From: an uncultured Candidatus Saccharibacteria bacterium
GTDB lineage: Bacteria > Patescibacteriota > Minisyncoccia > Phycocordibacterales > UBA918
Assembly (NCBI GenBank): GCA_964638425.1
Contig: CAZWYM010000002.1
Span: 2,547-66,546, forward strand
Direction of reading: 5' to 3'
Length of the DNA stretch: 64,000 nucleotides
Positions 56,154 through 64,000 of the stretch are shown piece by piece. The first letter of the stretch is position 1. Every line of letters begins with the position of its first letter. Under the pieces are notes generated by a model, which was not told the DNA's origin, did no database searches, and saw nothing but the letters and a program-made list of their open reading frames with translations. Made by a program: the position numbers and the translations under genes.

Positions 56154-56187
56154 AACGCCGACACTTTCGTGTCGGCGTTGGCGTTTT
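56154..56187 (-). terminator. hairpin aacgccgacac-tttc-gtgtcggcgtt plus T tract, immediately 3' of tRNA-Gly
   Basis: Perfect 11-bp stem. Confidence 0.6.
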
Positions 56188-56189
56188 TG

Positions 56190-56260
56190 TGCGAGCAAGA
56201 GGAATCGAACCCCCATCCACTGCTTGGAAGGCAGTTGTTTTACCACTAAACTATGCTCGC
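56190..56260 (-). tRNA. tRNA-Gly (anticodon UCC), no encoded CCA
   Basis: Folded by hand: acceptor gcgagca/tgctcgc, D arm gttt/aaac, anticodon stem actgc/gcagt with loop cTTCCaa, T loop ttcgatt. Confidence 0.8.
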
Positions 56261-56345
56261 GGTATTGATAAGTCCCGTACTTATCCCGGATGATTCTATC
56301 ATAAACCGTTCCTCAATTAAAGCCCATGTTACAATCAGAGTCGAT

Positions 56346-57497
56346 ATGGGAATTTTTGACATTTTTACCAACTTTTTAACGAGTGTATTCATTGGGTATC
56401 TCGCATTTACCAATACCCTCGCGGAGAAAATCGAATCGTACCTTCCAGAACAAGATGCGGTAGAAATTGCAACTGCTCCCGAAGTCCCTCCGGCTGAACA
56501 AACGCTCTCAAAGCTCACTGAGCTCTCTAAAACCCTTGCACACGGCGTCCCCCGCATACTCCTTGAGCATGCTGAGTACCAACGCGCAGCAATTTATGCG
56601 AGTACCCGTGATGATGAGCCTGTCGATCTTTCAGGAAAATCACTCGACGCTATCGTTCGTGACGCCCTCGTAAATATTTACTGCCAATACAAAACAGATA
56701 GATACATCCGGACAACAACCGGTACTGGATTCTTTATAAATCAGAAAGGGGTCATCATTACCAATGCACACGTTGCTCAATTCCTACTCCTAAAAGACGC
56801 AAAGAGTTCTGTTAATGATGTTGAGTGTGTTATTCGTTCAGGCGAACCTGCAGAAGCAAAATATAATGCTGAGTTACTCTACATATCTCCAACATGGATT
56901 TTTGAGAACGCAGACCTTATCACCGACGAATCTCCACGAGGTACCGGAGAACGAGACTACGCACTACTCTATGTCTCAAAGACTCTCGATGGGTCACCTC
57001 TTCCTGCACACTTCCCCGTCATTCCTGTTGCAGTAGACCTTCTTTCACGAGAGAGCGCGGGCGCAAAAGTCCTTACTGCTGGATACCCTGCTGAGGCACT
57101 CATGCGAAACGGGGCTGATGCAAAACTTAATCCCGTTCTCGCTGCAACTACTGTAGGAACACTCTATACCTTCGGGAGTAACTACGCTGATATCTTTTCA
57201 ATCTCTGAATCACCGGTCGGCGAGCAAGGGGCTTCTGGTGGACCTATCGTGGCTGAGAAAGATTCTACTGCTATTGGCCTTATCGTAACAAAGGGTGACG
57301 AGGAGACCGAAGGAGCGCACAGCCTCAGAGCTCTCACCCTTTCATATATCAATAGAACAATGACTGAAGAGACAGGATTCTCACTCATACAAAATATGCA
57401 AGGCGATATTGCCTACCGTGCTGGTATCTTTAAAGAGGCAATGGTTCCCTTTCTCGCTCAAATCCTCGCAGACGAACTAAGTACAGGAAACGATTAA
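56346..57497 (+). CDS. trypsin-like (S1/S1C) serine protease with an N-terminal TM segment
   Basis: GTGFFI..TNAHV (His), GASGGPIV (Ser). Start placed at the ATG at 56346 so it does not overlap the tRNA. Confidence 0.6.
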   Translation: MGIFDIFTNFLTSVFIGYLAFTNTLAEKIESYLPEQDAVEIATAPEVPPAEQTLSKLTELSKTLAHGVPRILLEHAEYQRAAIYASTRDDEPVDLSGKSLDAIVRDALVNIYCQYKTDRYIRTTTGTGFFINQKGVIITNAHVAQFLLLKDAKSSVNDVECVIRSGEPAEAKYNAELLYISPTWIFENADLITDESPRGTGERDYALLYVSKTLDGSPLPAHFPVIPVAVDLLSRESAGAKVLTAGYPAEALMRNGADAKLNPVLAATTVGTLYTFGSNYADIFSISESPVGEQGASGGPIVAEKDSTAIGLIVTKGDEETEGAHSLRALTLSYINRTMTEETGFSLIQNMQGDIAYRAGIFKEAMVPFLAQILADELSTGND

Positions 57498-57528
57498 AAA
57501 AACCGCACGCAGAGCGTGCGGTTTTTTT
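57496..57528. terminator. hairpin aaaaaaaccgcacgc-aga-gcgtgcggttttttt (bidirectional)
   Basis: Perfect stem with A7/T7 flanks. Confidence 0.7.
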
Positions 57529-57544
57529 AATCGTTGGTCATATA

Positions 57545-58906
57545 TTATCCTTCAAATATTGGAGTTGCTACTGGGGCTTCCGAAACTTCCTCTGTACTCG
57601 TTGCGGACTCTTCGGGTTGCGCTTGCTCTTCGGTTGGATTCTCTTCAGTATTTTCAGACTCACTCTTAACACGAATGTGTTGCGTCATTGCTTCAATATC
57701 AGTTGCAAGAGCACGTGCTTCTATAAGGTATGATTCTGCTTCTTCCACACGAGGTACTGAGAGCGTCGTTGATGCGTTTGTAAGGAGACCATCGATCTGG
57801 AGAAGCCCTTCTGCAACCTTGTCATGAAGTCCATCATCTCCTTCCATTGCCTCAATTCTGAGACCTACCTCAGTCGCAATATTTCCTATTTCACTGTATT
57901 CCTTTTGAGCGAGTACTACTCGTTCCTCTGTACTGAGTATGACAGGTACTAGGGTTTCTAGTGTTACTGATTCTCGAATATCAATATCCGTCATAAATAC
58001 AATAAGTTTTTGGATGAGACCAAGCGTTGTTGTTAAGTCAGTAACGGCTGCCTCAGCTTCACCTTCATGCTTCCCTTTTGCTTCAAGGATGAGTCGATCA
58101 ATATCACTCAATCTTCGCTCAATATCATGAATTTCCTCACTGCTTGCAGAAAGTTTAATAGTTTCAAACAATTCATACACTCGTGTTGTCTCTAGCTCAA
58201 CCTTAGCAACAAGTCCATCAAAGGACGGCGCACTAGTCTCTTGGTTCGAAACAACCTCCTCTCGAGCCTCATTCACCACAGTTAGGAGTCCTTCGATGAG
58301 AGAAGCGTTCTCAGTACTTTCTTCTCCACCAAGCACCGCTGATTGCACCTCGAGTGACGAATTGAATGCAATCTCAGCGATTGCAGCTCCATCAGCATCC
58401 TGCGCACGAAGTTCACTGAGTCCGTGTTGCACAGCTTGCGTATGTTCCTTCACTGTCGCTGCAAGTTGTGTTTTTACCTCTTCGGTAAGCTTCCCTTCAC
58501 TTGAAAGTACTCGAGCCTCTGCAATACGACGTTCCATTAATTTTGTATCAAATTCAATCTTCTCATATGGAGTTGACGCAAGTTTTTCTTGGATAGCTTC
58601 ATTAAAGCCAGTCTTCACAAGATAGAGTGGGTCACCTGGAACAGACTTTTCAGCGATAAATGGAGCAATAATTAAAATAGCAACAAGAAGTCCTCCTGCA
58701 ATACGCGCATGAAATGCATTAAAATGAACCGCAATAAAAGATTCTGAAGGGATACTTTCGCGAAGGTCAGCTTGCGTCAAAATTTGCTTTGGAAGTGGAT
58801 GATACTCCATGTACGACAAAACACGTTCACGAAGCTCGCGTCGTTCAGAAACTTTCAGGTTTATTTTTTCTGCGTATTTTTTTAAATCAGTATCAAAAGA
58901 TTTCAT
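57545..58906 (-). CDS. putative anti-sigma factor (cytoplasmic N-domain, single TM, acidic extracytoplasmic domain)
   Basis: Overlaps the upstream ECF sigma gene by 4 nt. Membrane topology inferred from the hydrophobic segment LLVAILIIAPFIA. Confidence 0.45.
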   Translation of the reverse strand: MKSFDTDLKKYAEKINLKVSERRELRERVLSYMEYHPLPKQILTQADLRESIPSESFIAVHFNAFHARIAGGLLVAILIIAPFIAEKSVPGDPLYLVKTGFNEAIQEKLASTPYEKIEFDTKLMERRIAEARVLSSEGKLTEEVKTQLAATVKEHTQAVQHGLSELRAQDADGAAIAEIAFNSSLEVQSAVLGGEESTENASLIEGLLTVVNEAREEVVSNQETSAPSFDGLVAKVELETTRVYELFETIKLSASSEEIHDIERRLSDIDRLILEAKGKHEGEAEAAVTDLTTTLGLIQKLIVFMTDIDIRESVTLETLVPVILSTEERVVLAQKEYSEIGNIATEVGLRIEAMEGDDGLHDKVAEGLLQIDGLLTNASTTLSVPRVEEAESYLIEARALATDIEAMTQHIRVKSESENTEENPTEEQAQPEESATSTEEVSEAPVATPIFEG

Positions 58907-59559
58907 ATATTTGAATTCAACCGCCTGTTCTCTGCTTCATCCTCTGCCTTCTGAATTGTTTCCTTAAGGATTTTCAGTCCGCGATGGATGCGTACCGAGA
59001 CAACGTTCTCGGACTCCTCGATGAGTCCGCTTATCTCCTTTGGTCCCAATCCATCTACAAATCTGAGGATGAGGACTTCTCGGTAGACGAGAGGTAGCTC
59101 TTTCATAAGTTCGCTTGCCTTTTCTGCATCGAGTGCAAAGGTAAGCTCCTCAATACCGCCTCCATGAAGCTCGGGAAATGATCCTTCATCAGTCCCCTCT
59201 TCTGCAAGCAACGTGTCGAGAGAAAACTCCTTTCTCCTGCGGTACTCGTCAATAACAAGGTTGTTCATGACCTTGTAGAGAAATGGTTTGTACGAATCAA
59301 TCTCATGTCCTGCTCGTAGATAACTCCACGCCTTCGTAAAGGTGTCATGCACAATCTCTACTGCCCGTTCTCGGTCAGAGAGTCTGTATATTGCATGACG
59401 AAACAATGCATTAGAATATTCGTCAAATGCTTTCAAAAAACGCTCCTCGTGGCCTTCCACGATAGAGGCATTACCTGCTTTCCTTTTTGCCTTTTTTGGA
59501 TCTGTGGCCATGTGGAAACCATTATAAGCGATGACGGTCAAAAAACCCACTTCTTTCAT
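58903..59559 (-). CDS. ECF-type RNA polymerase sigma-70 family factor
   Basis: 218 aa, sigma-70 region 2/4-like (..FTKAWSYL.., C-terminal HTH). Confidence 0.65.
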   Translation of the reverse strand: MKEVGFLTVIAYNGFHMATDPKKAKRKAGNASIVEGHEERFLKAFDEYSNALFRHAIYRLSDRERAVEIVHDTFTKAWSYLRAGHEIDSYKPFLYKVMNNLVIDEYRRRKEFSLDTLLAEEGTDEGSFPELHGGGIEELTFALDAEKASELMKELPLVYREVLILRFVDGLGPKEISGLIEESENVVSVRIHRGLKILKETIQKAEDEAENRRLNSNI

Positions 59560-59620
59560 GAATTAACATGTACATACCCCTAAATATATAAAGGGTACGG
59601 TTTTAAGCCGTATTTTATCT

Positions 59621-60541
59621 CTACAACCAGCGCGTACGGAGGAAATGAACAGTCCCCACAACTGCAGTTACGATAATGAGGAGAACAATCCAAAATCCAA
59701 ACGGATTATTTCCAAACGGGATAATGACATTCATACCAAAGAGCGATGAAACGAGGGTTGGTATGGTGAGGACAATCGTGAGAGCGGTGAGTGTTCTAAT
59801 GGTGCTGTTCAAATTTTGTGTAAGGATTGCCTCACTTGCACCTCGAATGTTTTGAATTGTCTTTAAAATTGCCTTTGATGAATCGACGAGCTGGTTGTAC
59901 CCAATGAGCAAGTCTTCGAGAAGTTCCAAATCTTCACTAAAAAGCTGAATGTAGTTACCTTTTGTAAGTTGGTGAAGCCAAGCATTCGTCGGTGTAAGCG
60001 CTGCGATAGTTTCGTTTAGTTCCTGCTCGAAAAACACAAGTCGCTGTATTTCATTAGCTCCAATAGTACGCACCTTACCCATGTCTCGGTATACCATTCT
60101 TCGGGTACGTGTAAGCTTCTTTTCGTATGTTCCCATGAGCTCCTCTAGGAATTCAAGAAATAGCTTTGTTTTTTGTGTAGTAGAAAAACTTCTCTTCCCT
60201 TGAATAAACTTGTTGAGAAATGGCACTTCCCTTTCAGCAATAGTAATGAGAAACGTCTTCCCGAGAACAATGAGGAGTGGTGCAGTATCAATATCAAAAT
60301 CTTTCACATCGTATGGATACCGTGTAAAGAAGTATGAAACACCATCCTCCTGTTCAAAGCGCGGTACCTCAAAAAAGTCTTTAATATCCTCAATAATTGA
60401 GTCATCAAGCTTGTATTTTTCAATAATACTTTGAAGTTCTTCCTCACTTGAAGCCACCATATGAGTCCAGCTATTTGGCTTTGAGCTCGGGAGTGTTTGG
60501 AGTTCACTCTCCTCTGTTTCTTTGTAGTAGTGCGTAATCAT
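59621..60541 (-). CDS. corA: CorA-family Mg2+/Co2+ transporter
   Basis: C-terminal two TM helices with FGMN (GMN signature). Confidence 0.75.
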   Translation of the reverse strand: MITHYYKETEESELQTLPSSKPNSWTHMVASSEEELQSIIEKYKLDDSIIEDIKDFFEVPRFEQEDGVSYFFTRYPYDVKDFDIDTAPLLIVLGKTFLITIAEREVPFLNKFIQGKRSFSTTQKTKLFLEFLEELMGTYEKKLTRTRRMVYRDMGKVRTIGANEIQRLVFFEQELNETIAALTPTNAWLHQLTKGNYIQLFSEDLELLEDLLIGYNQLVDSSKAILKTIQNIRGASEAILTQNLNSTIRTLTALTIVLTIPTLVSSLFGMNVIIPFGNNPFGFWIVLLIIVTAVVGTVHFLRTRWL

Positions 60542-60885
60542 TTGCGGATTATAACAGACTTGAGTTATTCAGTCTCGCATTTTTTGCATTAGGGTGGTAT
60601 TATCGTGGTCACGAAATGAGGAATTCCTGGTTTCGTAAGTGAGGAGGTGTATCTTCGCCTATTGGCTCGATACATTCCCTCCCCGCTCAAGGTGTGTGAA
60701 ATCGGGGTGTATGTTCCATACAACCCTTCTTCGCTCGGACATAGTGGTAGTGTACGCGGTTTGGGGTTCTTTAAGGTGTCTTTGTTACTGATTCTCGTCC
60801 TTGTCTGGGTCGGGGTGTAAGCAAGTAGCTTTCACCCCCGAGCTCAAAGATTAAATGCAAAATAATTTGCGCTTATCTTCTCGCT

Positions 60886-60956
60886 CGGGGTGTAGCATAG
60901 TGGTAGTGTACGCGGTTTGGGACCGTGTGGTCCGGGTTCGATTCCCGGCTCCCCGA
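60886..60956 (+). tRNA. tRNA-Pro (anticodon UGG); acceptor stem has one U-U mismatch; no encoded CCA
   Basis: Hand fold: cggggtg-ta-gcat-agtggta-gtgt-a-cgcgg-tTTGGga-ccgtg-tggt-ccggg-ttcgatt-cccgg-ctccccg-a. Confidence 0.6.
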
Positions 60957-61072
60957 CCCAGATCAGGACGAAGACACCTTAAAGAACCAACAATCTTGGA
61001 GATTGTTGCGGTTTTCGAAGAAAAGTGTGGTCCGGGTCTTGCGATAGTCACCCAGACTATCTCACCCGTTCT

Positions 61073-61126
61073 CCCCGACAAATACGAAAAGACCGCCAAC
61101 TGGCGGTCTTTTCGTATTTGTCGGGG
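61073..61126. terminator. very long perfect hairpin ccccgacaaatacgaaaagaccgcc-aac-ggcggtcttttcgtatttgtcgggg (25-bp stem)
   Basis: Read directly from the sequence. Confidence 0.55.
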
Positions 61127-61320
61127 AATCGAAAATGTCTGAGTATATCGCAACAAGCCTGTGGCGAAGTGAAAAGGGAAAGATTCCCAATGTATGTGGC
61201 TATTTCTATATTACTAGCCACATTACTAAGTAATGTCCTTTATAACAGTGACATTCTCAAAAATAGGAGTATTATCGTGCACAGATTTGTTTCTCAAATA
61301 TTTTGACTAAGGGGGATCTG

Positions 61321-61509
61321 ATGAAAATGAAATACTTTGTTTCATATGTTACCAAACATGGTGACGAACCTTATGTATTTCTAAACTCGACAATAGAAAC
61401 TGAGGGTGAAATATCAACTGCAGATATTCAGAATTTCGAAAAGAAAGTTCGTTCTATTCGAGCAATAGACAAAGCGCAGGTCCTATTCTTTAATAAGATA
61501 GCTGGCTAA
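61321..61509 (+). CDS. small hypothetical protein (62 aa)
   Basis: SD taaggggga 6 nt before the ATG at 61321. Followed by the terminator at 61524-61556. The track ORF starts at an upstream ttg. Confidence 0.35.
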   Translation: MKMKYFVSYVTKHGDEPYVFLNSTIETEGEISTADIQNFEKKVRSIRAIDKAQVLFFNKIAG

Positions 61510-61523
61510 AAGCCATACATTTC

Positions 61524-61556
61524 AAGCCTTTGTTCCATGTGGAACAAAGGCTTTTT
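61524..61556. terminator. hairpin aagcctttgttcca-tg-tggaacaaaggcttttt; its stem contains one GTTCCA-NN-TGGAAC repeat unit
   Basis: Perfect 14-bp stem. Confidence 0.6.
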
Positions 61557-61595
61557 GTTTCACGTGGAACAAAATATACCTGTTCCACGTGGAAT

Positions 61596-61991
61596 CTATT
61601 CAAAAACCACATTATCAAGCATATGCACCTGCGCAAACTTTCTACGTGGAACTAAACGTACGGTAAGAATATCAATCTGAAATTCCCCAGTATATTTCCT
61701 ATCTGCAAGCCATGATTGAATTGTATTCTTCAACCTCCTTATCTTCTCATTATGCACATTCTCCTCAGGTCGCCACGTTTCATGTGAAACAGCATACTTT
61801 AATTCCTGTGTTGTTTCATATGAAACGGTTTTTACCTCGATAAAGTGAATTTTTCTTGTTTCACGTGCAACAATATCAATTTCCCCGTATTTCTTAAGGT
61901 AATTTCGGTCAATAATTTCATACCCATTAGAAACAAGCCATTTTGCTCCCAGATCCTCACCAATTTTTCCTATTTCGTTATGTTTAGCCAT
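61596..61991 (-). CDS. YraN-family (UPF0102) putative endonuclease
   Basis: ...GEDLGAKWLVSNGYEIIDRNYLKKYGEIDIVARETRKIHFIEVKT matches the YraN core (GEDLA..G..I..RN.R...GEIDLIA....VFVEVK). Confidence 0.65.
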   Translation of the reverse strand: MAKHNEIGKIGEDLGAKWLVSNGYEIIDRNYLKKYGEIDIVARETRKIHFIEVKTVSYETTQELKYAVSHETWRPEENVHNEKIRRLKNTIQSWLADRKYTGEFQIDILTVRLVPRRKFAQVHMLDNVVFE

Positions 61992-62281
61992 GTCGCTTCA
62001 TGTGGAACTATATAACAGAAGATACATTCATGCCAGTGTTTCACGTGAAACAATAACAAATATAATATATTGCGATATAATCGTTGATCTGTATGTTATT
62101 AGCCATTTTTTAAGGACATATTTATTAAAATTTTTGTCCTTTATACACATATCAACTCGTTTATCCCCAGTTATCCACCATGTGGATTTCTAGTAGAGGA
62201 TTTGTCTTTTATGGGGTAGGGGGATCGAAAGCTTACTTGAACAAAATCGAAACCTGACGGTTACTAATAACCAGTACTTGG

Positions 62282-62375
62282 TGTCAGGTTTCTAAGTTCG
62301 TTACACTCACTAAGAACCTCCTACCCGACCTCGCGGTTTCGCCATAAATTATAGGCGAAACATCGCTCCGGTTCA
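62282..62375 (-). repeat. R1 structured-repeat copy E (sense on the minus strand, 3' of tRNA-Gly-GCC), with an extra 3' hairpin at 62249-62290
   Basis: The reverse complement reads aaccggagcgatg-[tttcgcc tataatttatg ggcgaaa]-ccgcgag-gtcgggtaggaggtt-cttagtgagtgtaacgaacttagaaacctgaca. Confidence 0.8.
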
Positions 62376-62383
62376 CAAAACTA

Positions 62384-62411
62384 AAAAACACTGCGTAGGC
62401 AGTGTTTTTCT
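62384..62411 (-). terminator. hairpin aaaaaacactgc-gtag-gcagtgtttttc 3' of tRNA-Gly-GCC
   Basis: Perfect stem with A/T tracts. Confidence 0.6.
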
Positions 62412-62421
62412 TTACGTTTTG

Positions 62422-62492
62422 TGCGGCCAGGGGTAATCGAAACCCCGACTAATCCTTGGCAAGGACTCGTTATACCACTTAACCATGGCCGC
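62422..62492 (-). tRNA. tRNA-Gly (anticodon GCC), no encoded CCA
   Basis: Hand fold: gcggcca-tg-gtta-agtggta-taac-g-agtcc-tTGCCaa-ggatt-agtc-ggggt-ttcgatt-acccc-tggccgc-a. Confidence 0.8.
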
Positions 62493-62699
62493 ATGTATTA
62501 CTTCCGGAAGAAGTGACTAGGATTATAGTATTTATATGAGGGGAGTGCAATGTGGAAGGAGGGACTCGTCCCGCTTTTTCTAATTCGTTTCACTCATAAG
62601 TGCCCCCTGCCCGGAGGGACTCGAATTCTACAAATTCTGTTCAGGTTGTATGAAATTTATTCAAAATTTCGACAACCACTTCGGGTCCCTACGCATACA

Positions 62700-62735
62700 A
62701 ATTGAAAAAGACCCCATGAAGGGGTCATTTTCAAT
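62700..62735 (-). terminator. hairpin attgaaaaagacccc-atga-aggggtcattttcaat 3' of tRNA-Arg
   Basis: Long stem read directly. Confidence 0.5.
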
Positions 62736-62738
62736 TTG

Positions 62739-62810
62739 TGCACCCGGAGGGACTCGAACCCCCGACGACTGATCCGAAGTCAGTAATGATATCCACTTCA
62801 CCACGGGTGC
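62739..62810 (-). tRNA. tRNA-Arg (anticodon UCG), no encoded CCA
   Basis: Hand fold: gcacccg-tg-gtga-agtggata-tcat-t-actga-cTTCGga-tcagt-cgtc-ggggg-ttcgagt-ccctc-cgggtgc-a. Confidence 0.75.
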
Positions 62811-62873
62811 GGTGACGACTGGGATATCATACGTTCAAGAAGGCGAAATTGCAACGATTTTCTGCTACAATCT

Positions 62874-64000
62874 ATGCATATGATTGTCCGAAGTGAAATA
62901 CCAAAAGAAGTCCAGCATGTTGCAGATACTCTCGAACATCGAGGTTTTGAGGCGTATCTCGTAGGTGGTTGTGTCCGCGACTTACTCATTGGGAAGACTC
63001 CGAAAGACTGGGACATCACTACTGATGCACATCCAACTGAAATCGAGAGCTTGTTTCCTGATACATATCTCAACAATGACTTTGGAACAGTGGGTGTTGT
63101 TAATAAGGAAACAGAGAATGAGGCACTTCGAATAGTTGAAGTAACACCATTTCGAACAGAATCAGAATATTCTGATTCACGTCGACCAGATTCAGTTTCA
63201 TTTGGAGTTTCTCTCGCAGAGGATTTGAAGCGAAGAGATTTTACAGTAAACGCCATCGCCTACCGACTTAAGGATGAAAAAATAGTAGATCTCTTTGAAG
63301 GGGAGGGGGATATTAAACACAGACGCCTTCGAGCGGTTGGTGAGGCTACTGAACGTTTTAAGGAAGATGCGCTTCGCATGATGCGTGCAGTACGTCTTGC
63401 AGTTGAACTTGATTTTGTTATTGAAGGGGAAACGATGCGTGCAATTTCTGAAAATAGCGCTAACTTAGAACGAATTTCAAAGGAGCGTATTCGAGACGAA
63501 TTCATTCGTATCTTGAATTCGAAACAACCAATGCAGGGGATTATTTTCTTAGAAAAGCTGGGTCTTCTTCAGTATATTGCCCCAGATTTACTCACAGGTA
63601 TTGGTGTTGAGCAAAATCAAGCGCATGCATACGATGTATATGAGCACTTACTCCGCACTATGCAACACGCAGCGGATAAGGATTGGGATTTTGATATACG
63701 ACTTGCTGGTCTCTTCCATGATGTATCGAAGCCACACACAAGGCGGTGGTCTGATGAGAAAAAAGATTGGACATTCCACGGACATGAGGTGGTAGGTGCA
63801 AAAATGACCAAGAAGGCACTCCAAGACTTAAAATTCCCCCGAGAGAAAATCGAGCGCGTAGTGAAGCTTGTTCGGTGGCACATGTTTTTTAGTGACCCTG
63901 ACCAAGTGAGCCTTTCTGCGGTACGAAGAACTATTTCGAATGTTGGAGAAGAAAACATCTGGGACCTACTCAAACTTCGAAGATGCGACCGTATCGGAAC
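62874..64000 (+). CDS. cca: CCA-adding tRNA nucleotidyltransferase with C-terminal HD domain (3' end beyond the window)
   Basis: ...RGFEAYLVGGCVRDLLIGKTPKDWDITTDA... polymerase-beta head, then ...LFHDVSKP... HD region. Absent from the ORF track because there is no stop in the window. Confidence 0.8.
   Translation, partial: MHMIVRSEIPKEVQHVADTLEHRGFEAYLVGGCVRDLLIGKTPKDWDITTDAHPTEIESLFPDTYLNNDFGTVGVVNKETENEALRIVEVTPFRTESEYSDSRRPDSVSFGVSLAEDLKRRDFTVNAIAYRLKDEKIVDLFEGEGDIKHRRLRAVGEATERFKEDALRMMRAVRLAVELDFVIEGETMRAISENSANLERISKERIRDEFIRILNSKQPMQGIIFLEKLGLLQYIAPDLLTGIGVEQNQAHAYDVYEHLLRTMQHAADKDWDFDIRLAGLFHDVSKPHTRRWSDEKKDWTFHGHEVVGAKMTKKALQDLKFPREKIERVVKLVRWHMFFSDPDQVSLSAVRRTISNVGEENIWDLLKLRRCDRIG

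Noticed and set aside
1-64000. rRNA genes, tmRNA, RNase P RNA, SRP RNA, prophage, integrase or transposase genes
   Set aside because: I searched by eye for their conserved cores (for example GGAAAGUCCGG, SRP domain IV, tag-peptide reading frame, integrase R..HxxR..Y motifs). None was found.

Overview
This is a 64-kb chromosomal segment of a small-genome bacterium, about 45% GC. I infer, with low confidence, that it is Patescibacteria/CPR-like: all four tRNAs lack an encoded CCA and a CCA-adding enzyme is present, and there is a type IV pilus with ComEC but few biosynthetic genes. The left 27 kb carries the classical str-S10-spc ribosomal-protein supercluster on the minus strand (rpsL, rpsG, fusA, tuf, rpsJ, rplC, rplD, rplW, rplB, rpsS ... 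rplR, rpsE). The cluster is interrupted at at least six intergenic junctions by non-ribosomal genes. The largest interruption is about 8 kb between rplB and rpsS. It contains an alpha-glucan cassette (GT4/5-like synthase, GH57, hypothetical, GH15) bracketed by near-identical 190-bp direct repeats of the rplB 3' end, plus two upstream hypothetical genes, one LRAT/NlpC-like. The right 37 kb contains ComEC split into two ORFs by an opposite-strand SOD-like gene, RNase HI with a C-terminal hybrid-binding domain, recJ, HIT, NUDIX, tpiA-pgk, a pilB-pilC-prepilin operon with a 586-aa pilin, sleB-like hydrolase, nusA, ppa, tig, clpP, rny, hup, a serine protease, an ECF sigma/anti-sigma pair, corA, a YraN-like gene, four tRNAs (Gly-UCC, Pro-UGG, Gly-GCC, Arg-UCG) and the 5' part of a CCA-adding enzyme gene. 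The most striking non-genic signal is a dispersed ~100-120-nt structured repeat family, R1, with at least 9 good copies plus fragments. Each copy has conserved flanks around a copy-specific, perfectly paired AT-loop hairpin with compensatory substitutions between copies. Nearly every well-preserved copy lies just 3' of a gene in sense orientation. A second repeat, R2, has three copies and carries a 46-bp perfect palindrome that overlaps the rplB stop codon. Other oddities are a 9-copy array of a 6-2-6 inverted repeat (GTTYCA-NN-TGRAAC) running through and around the YraN-like gene, rearrangement scars around tRNA-Pro, and many long perfect hairpin terminators. I found no CRISPR array, rRNA gene, recognisable transposase/integrase or phage gene.
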